This document shows positions 59,169 through 64,000 of a stretch of 64,000 nt of DNA, piece by piece (positions within the stretch are counted from its first letter, which is position 1; every line of letters begins with the position of its first letter). Made by a program: the position numbers and the translations under genes. The notes under the pieces were generated by a model, which made no database searches, was not told where the DNA came from, and saw only the letters and a list, made by a program, of their open reading frames with translations. The DNA is from Alphaproteobacteria bacterium (GTDB lineage Bacteria; Pseudomonadota; Alphaproteobacteria; GCA-2731375): contig CBDDPY010000002.1 of assembly GCA_965232515.1 (NCBI GenBank), positions 3,200,001 through 3,264,000 of the forward strand, given 5' to 3'.

Positions 59169-59197
59169 TTGGAGGCATCAACCGTCACTTACCACCG

Positions 59198-59228
59198 GAA
59201 GCCGCCCTCAGGGCGGCTTCTTTGCTTT
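59198..59228 (+). terminator. Rho-independent terminator
   Basis: GAAGCCGCCC-TCA-GGGCGGCTTC followed by TTTGCTTT. Confidence 0.75.
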
Positions 59229-59247
59229 CGAGGGCAACGCATTGCGT

Positions 59248-59336
59248 CTGGATTACCGGGTCAAGCCCGGTAATGACGAGTCAGGGCTGGTTTCGATACC
59301 CATTTCGTCATGCCCGTGCTTGACACGGGCATCCAG
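59248..59336. repeat. REP-like palindrome doublet (GTCAT...ATCCAG type)
   Basis: CTGGATTACCGGGTCAAGCCCGGTAATGACG (59248-59278) and inverted CGTCATGCCCGTGCTTGACACGGGCATCCAG (59306-59336). Confidence 0.8.
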
Positions 59337-59365
59337 CGGCCACGAAACCATGTGCCAGTTATCCG

Positions 59366-61162
59366 TTAAAGGTACCGGTCAAGAAACTCGGCCATGGCGC
59401 CGTAGATCTTGATGCGGTTCGGCAGCTTCATGAAGCCGTGGCCTTCGTCGGGCACCGTCACATAGTCCACCGGCAAGCCGCGGTCGCGAAGCGCGGCGAC
59501 AATCTGTTCGCTTTCGTGCGGCGGCACGCGGGGGTCCATCAGGCCCTGGGCGACGAACAACGGGACCTGAATGCGGTCGACCTTGTGGATCGGCGAGATC
59601 GATTTCAGGAAGTCGGCGTCGCGCACGGGGTCGCCGTATTCCATGGCCCGGTGCTTGCGCCGCCAGGGGCCCGTGCGCTCGAAGAAGGTCTGGAAATCGG
59701 CAATGCCGTAGAAGTTGACGGCGGTCTTCCAGAGGTCGGGATACTCGGTGATCGCGGCCAGCACCATGAAACCGCCATAGCTGCCGCCATAGACGGCGAT
59801 GCGCGCATCGTCGATGTCGGCGCGCGCCCCGAGCCAGAGCCGCGCGTGCTTGAGGTCGGCGACGCTGTCCATGCGCTTGTAGACGTCGTCGAGCGCCGCG
59901 TAGGCCGCGCCATAGCCGGTGCTGCCGCGCACGTTCGGCGCCAGAACGGCATAGCCGCGGGCCAGCAGGAACTGAATGTCGGGGCGGAACTCCGGCAAAT
60001 ACTGCGATTCCGGCCCGCCGTGCACGAAGATCACGGCCGGGAAACCTGCCGCCGGCGCTTGCCCCGGCGGCAGGTAAAGGAAGGCCGGGATGCGACGGTC
60101 GTCGAAGGTCTGGAAGTGGATCAGCTGCGGCTCGATCCAACTCGACCGATCAGCGCCGGCACGGTCGCTCCGCGTAATCTGACGCACCGTGTCGTCGTTC
60201 AGATCCCAGAGCCAGATGTCGGCATTGTGGGTCGAACCGTTTAGCGCGAAGGCGAGGCGCTCGCCGTCCGGCGACCAGTCGAGCGCCGTGATCTTGCCGG
60301 GTGGCAGGGGCGGCGCCTCGGTTGTTTCGCCGTTCGCCAGGTCGTGCACCGCCAGACGAGCGTAGCCGTCGACGTTGGTGACGGAGGCGAGACGCGTTTC
60401 GTCCTTCGACAACGCGATTTCCTCGACATCGTTGTCGGGCGTGTACAGCCAGACCAGCTCGCCGCTGGCGGTATCGAACAGCGCGATACCGAGATGATCG
60501 CGACCCTGGTTGGTCAGCGCATAGATGCCGGCGCCGTCCGCGCGCCAGCGGCAGCACTGATAGCGGCAACGGTCGGCATGGCGGGTGAAGGGCTGCCGCT
60601 CGCCGGTCTTGACCGTCAGCAGGTGCAACTCCTGATCGGACGAGCCGGTGCTTTCGAGCAACAGCAGCCGCGCCGTATCGGGCGCGATGGCGGCAACCGT
60701 GTACCAGCCGTCGGCGTCGAACACGCGCGTCGCCTCGCCGCTGGCGACGTCCATGACGAAAGCGTCCATCAAGGCCGGATCGCGGCGGTTGGCCGTGAAG
60801 GCGATGTTGGCGCCGTCGCGCGACCAGCCGCCCCAATTGTGCATCACGTCCGGTAGCTCGGTGAGCGCCGTTGACGCCGCCCCGTTTGACAGCAGGTGGA
60901 ACTGGTGCCGCTCGTCGCCGCCGGAATCCATCACATAGATCAGGTCGTCGCGATCGGGCGCATAGGCGATGTTGCTGACCGCATCGTCATGGAAGGTCAG
61001 CTGGCGCGAGGCCGCGTCGGGATCAGAGAGATCGAGGGCCCAGACCTGCCAGACGCCGCTCTCGTTCGAGAGATAGGCGAGCGTACAGCCGTCCGGCGCG
61101 AATTTCGGCGTCGTCGCGCTGCGGACGTTCAGAAACTGTTCGACGGAAACGGAGTGCGCCAT
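59366..61162 (-). CDS. S9 family peptidase (prolyl oligopeptidase/acylaminoacyl peptidase-like)
   Basis: N-terminal propeller repeats (WSPDG); HGGPE, NVRGSTGYG, GGSYGG, DPRVP, DEGHG catalytic triad. Confidence 0.94.
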   Translation of the reverse strand: MAHSVSVEQFLNVRSATTPKFAPDGCTLAYLSNESGVWQVWALDLSDPDAASRQLTFHDDAVSNIAYAPDRDDLIYVMDSGGDERHQFHLLSNGAASTALTELPDVMHNWGGWSRDGANIAFTANRRDPALMDAFVMDVASGEATRVFDADGWYTVAAIAPDTARLLLLESTGSSDQELHLLTVKTGERQPFTRHADRCRYQCCRWRADGAGIYALTNQGRDHLGIALFDTASGELVWLYTPDNDVEEIALSKDETRLASVTNVDGYARLAVHDLANGETTEAPPLPPGKITALDWSPDGERLAFALNGSTHNADIWLWDLNDDTVRQITRSDRAGADRSSWIEPQLIHFQTFDDRRIPAFLYLPPGQAPAAGFPAVIFVHGGPESQYLPEFRPDIQFLLARGYAVLAPNVRGSTGYGAAYAALDDVYKRMDSVADLKHARLWLGARADIDDARIAVYGGSYGGFMVLAAITEYPDLWKTAVNFYGIADFQTFFERTGPWRRKHRAMEYGDPVRDADFLKSISPIHKVDRIQVPLFVAQGLMDPRVPPHESEQIVAALRDRGLPVDYVTVPDEGHGFMKLPNRIKIYGAMAEFLDRYL

Positions 61163-61196
61163 CGTCCGATCTCTTCTCCCCTGACGGCTGCGGCGG

Positions 61197-61964
61197 TTAC
61201 GCGGAGAGCTTGTGGGCGTAACCGCGGCTCGATTCCAGCAACTCGCGAGAATAGGCGTGCTGGCAGCGGTTCGCCATCAGATCGTCGACATCGAGCGTTT
61301 CCAGGATCGCGCCGTGGTTCATCACCGCGACGCGCTCGCACATATGCACGACGACGCCGAGATCATGGCTGACGAGAATGTAGGTCAGATCCTCGATGCG
61401 CCGGATCTCGGCGAACAAGTTCAGGATCTCGGCCTGCACAGATACATCCAGCGCCGAGGTCGGTTCGTCGAGCAACAGCACCTTCGGCTCGACGATCAGC
61501 GCGCGGGCGATGGCGACGCGCTGACGCTGGCCGCCGGAGAGCTGATGCGGATAGCGGAAGCGAAAATCCGGGCCGAGGCCGACCTCGCGCAGCACCTTGT
61601 CGATACGGCGGTTGGGGTCATCGAGATTGTGGATGCGGATCGGCTCCATCAGCGTGCTGTTGACGGTATGGCGCGGATGCAGCGAGCCGTACGGGTCCTG
61701 GAACACCATCTGCACCAGCTTGTAGAACGACTTTTCGCGACGCGGCGTCATGCGCTGGCCGGCAATGGTGATTTCGCCGGTCCAGGCGCGGTTGAGGCCG
61801 CACAGCGCCTTCAGGATCGTAGTCTTGCCGCAGCCGGATTCGCCGACCAGACCGAACACTTCGCCGGCGCCGACCGAGAAGCTGACGCCGTCGACGGCGT
61901 TGACCCGCGATGCGCCGTGGCCGAACGACATGCGAAGATCGCTGACGTCGATCAGCGCGCTCAC
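61197..61964 (-). CDS. Dipeptide/oligopeptide ABC ATP-binding protein (DppF-like)
   Basis: GESGCGKT, QMVFQDP, LSGGQRQR, DEPTSALDVS. Confidence 0.93.
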   Translation of the reverse strand: MSALIDVSDLRMSFGHGASRVNAVDGVSFSVGAGEVFGLVGESGCGKTTILKALCGLNRAWTGEITIAGQRMTPRREKSFYKLVQMVFQDPYGSLHPRHTVNSTLMEPIRIHNLDDPNRRIDKVLREVGLGPDFRFRYPHQLSGGQRQRVAIARALIVEPKVLLLDEPTSALDVSVQAEILNLFAEIRRIEDLTYILVSHDLGVVVHMCERVAVMNHGAILETLDVDDLMANRCQHAYSRELLESSRGYAHKLSA

Positions 61965-62821
61965 GACAGCACCGGTCCGTCGCGCCAGGCCGGATCGCGG
62001 TCCAGCACCGGCAAATAATCGCGGCGTTCGTCGAGCCGCGGCAGCGAGTTGAGCAGCCCCTGGGTATAGCCATGACGTGCGTTGTGCAGATCGGCGGCCG
62101 CGCAGGATTCGACGATGCGGCCGGCATACATGATCAGCACGCGGTCGCAGAAGCCGGCGACGAGATTGAGATCGTGGCTGATAAAGATCAAGCCGTGCCC
62201 GCGCTGCGTGACAAGATCATTCAACACGTCGAGCACCTGCATGCGGACCGTCACATCGAGGGCCGAGGTCGGCTCGTCGGCGATGATCAGGTCGGGCTCG
62301 GGAATCAGCATCATGGCGATCATGATGCGCTGGCCCATGCCGCCGGAGACCTCGTGCGGATAGAGACGGTAAACGCGGCCCGGGTCGCGGATGCGGACGG
62401 CGGCCAGCATTTCGAGCGTGCGCTCCCGCGCCTCGGCCTTGGCCACCTTGTGGTGCACGCGGAAGGCTTCGGCGATCTGCTCGCCAACGCGGACCACGGG
62501 GTTCAGGGAGTATTTCGGATCCTGCATGATCATCGAGATGCCGTTGCCGCGCACGTCGCGCATGCGGGCCTCGCTGAGCGACAGCAGGTCGGTGCCCTTG
62601 AAGGCCATGCGCTTCGCCGACACCGTGGCCGACTTCGGCGTCAACCGCAGGATCGAGCGGCCGGTCATGGTCTTGCCGGAACCGGACTCGCCGACAATGC
62701 CGACCTTTTCGCGGCCGACCTCGAACGAAATGCCGCGCACGGCCTCGACGACGCCGTGATGGGTCGCGATGCGGACCCAGAGGTCGTCGACGCTGAGAAT
62801 GGGTTCGGCAGCCGATGTCAT
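61961..62821 (-). CDS. Dipeptide/oligopeptide ABC ATP-binding protein (DppD-like)
   Basis: GESGSGKT, QDPKYSLNP, YPHEVSGGMGQR, ADEPTSALDVT; true start MTSAAEP. Confidence 0.92.
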   Translation of the reverse strand: MTSAAEPILSVDDLWVRIATHHGVVEAVRGISFEVGREKVGIVGESGSGKTMTGRSILRLTPKSATVSAKRMAFKGTDLLSLSEARMRDVRGNGISMIMQDPKYSLNPVVRVGEQIAEAFRVHHKVAKAEARERTLEMLAAVRIRDPGRVYRLYPHEVSGGMGQRIMIAMMLIPEPDLIIADEPTSALDVTVRMQVLDVLNDLVTQRGHGLIFISHDLNLVAGFCDRVLIMYAGRIVESCAAADLHNARHGYTQGLLNSLPRLDERRDYLPVLDRDPAWRDGPVLS

Positions 62822-63747
62822 TGTTCGCGGGGGTCCAGCACGTCGCGCAGACCGTCGCCGAACAGGTTGAAGGCGAGGCTGACGGTCAGGATAGCGAGGC
62901 CCGGCATGGTCGTCAGCCACCACTGCTCGAACATGTAGAGCCGGCCGGTCGACAGCATGGCGCCCCATTCCGGCGACGGCGGCTGCGCGCCCAGGCCGAG
63001 AAAGCCGAGCCCGGCCGCCGTCAAAATAATCCCGGCCATGTTGAGGGTGATACGCACGACGACGGACGAGACGCACATCGGCGCGATATGGCGGAAGATC
63101 ACACGCCAGGCGGACGCGCCCTGGATCTCGATGGCGCTGATATAGTCGCTGGAGCGCACGGTCAGCGTCTCGGCCCGGGCGAGGCGTGCGATCGGCGGCC
63201 AAGCCGTCAGCGAGATGGCGATGATGGCGTTCTCGATGCCGGGCCCGAGTGCGGCGACGAAGGCCAGCGCCAGGATCAGGCTGGGGAACGACAGGAAGAT
63301 GTCGGTGAGCCGCATCAGGATCGTGTCGATCCAGCCGCCGAAATAGCCCGAGATGGTGCCGACCACGAGGCCGACGGGCGCCGCGATCAGCGCCACCAGC
63401 AAGACGATGTAGAGCGTGATGCGGGAGCCGTGCACGACACGGGTGAAGGTGTCGCGGCCGAGCTCGTCGGTACCGAACCAGTGATCGGCGCTGGGCGGCA
63501 GCAGGCGGATGTCGAGATTCTGCGCCGACGGCGAAGTCGGCGCGATCAGCGGCGCAAAAAGGGCGACCAGGATCAGGGCGACGATGATCGACAGGCCGAT
63601 CACCGCGAGCGGGTTCTCGATAAAGCGCAGCCAGCCGAGATAGGCGCGCTGCAGCCGCGCCTGCATGACGGTCTCGGCGACCTCGGCCATCAGCCAGGCG
63701 CGCAACCCTCTGCCGCGCTTGACCTTGATGTCGGTGCCGGTGGTCAT
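62818..63747 (-). CDS. Dipeptide/oligopeptide ABC permease (DppC-like)
   Basis: HWFGTDELGRD, GFLGLGAQPPSPEWG, FNLFGDGLRD. Confidence 0.94.
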   Translation of the reverse strand: MTTGTDIKVKRGRGLRAWLMAEVAETVMQARLQRAYLGWLRFIENPLAVIGLSIIVALILVALFAPLIAPTSPSAQNLDIRLLPPSADHWFGTDELGRDTFTRVVHGSRITLYIVLLVALIAAPVGLVVGTISGYFGGWIDTILMRLTDIFLSFPSLILALAFVAALGPGIENAIIAISLTAWPPIARLARAETLTVRSSDYISAIEIQGASAWRVIFRHIAPMCVSSVVVRITLNMAGIILTAAGLGFLGLGAQPPSPEWGAMLSTGRLYMFEQWWLTTMPGLAILTVSLAFNLFGDGLRDVLDPREQ

Positions 63748-64000
63748 TTCGTCCTCGGGTCGAGCAGACGGTAGAGCAGGTCGGACAGCAGGTTGAGGGC
63801 GATGAAGATTACGCCGACGACCAGCGTGCAGCCGAGCACCGCGTTCATGTCGCCCTGCAGCAGCGCGTTCGTAAGATACTGACCGAAGCCGGGCCAGGCG
63901 AAGACCGTCTCGGTCAGCACCGCGCCTTCCAGGAGGAATCCATAAGAAAGCGCGATCACCGTAATCAGCGGCACGGCGACATTGCGGAAGGCATGGCGCC
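63744..64000 (-). CDS. Dipeptide/oligopeptide ABC permease (DppB-like), C-terminal part (runs off right edge)
   Basis: GAVLTETVFAWPG.G, NLLSDLLY..LDPR. Confidence 0.9.
   Translation of the reverse strand, partial: RHAFRNVAVPLITVIALSYGFLLEGAVLTETVFAWPGFGQYLTNALLQGDMNAVLGCTLVVGVIFIALNLLSDLLYRLLDPRTK

Overview
GC-rich bacterial chromosomal window, probably alphaproteobacterial judging by protein families and REP-type palindromes. It is densely coding, with about 58 genes and no rRNA, tRNA or CRISPR array seen. In order: two divergent TetR genes and a detoxification-type operon; an orphan catabolic operon (THI5-like ABC importer, FAD oxidoreductase, CoA-transferase, enoyl-CoA hydratase, ferredoxin, LysR); an H-NOX signalling locus (H-NOX, PAS kinase, REC-HDOD, REC-degenerate HD-GYP, REC-LuxR) with a shared upstream palindrome; an M20 peptidase; a ~1714-aa wHTH/BTAD-TolB/TPR-cyclase-STAND-TPR fusion, divergent from a peroxiredoxin/sulfurtransferase/persulfide dioxygenase/methyltransferase cluster; a Rieske oxygenase locus with an ABC importer; an intact IS5-family element inserted into a REP palindrome; an enolase-superfamily enzyme; a repeat-rich type I secretion substrate with its exporter; an AMP-phosphorylase-like/PRPP synthetase/beta-CASP nuclease operon; a secreted hydrolase; an amidase with a Liv-type ABC system; and an S9 peptidase with a Dpp-type ABC system running off the right edge. 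All calls come from reading motifs by eye; no database search was run.
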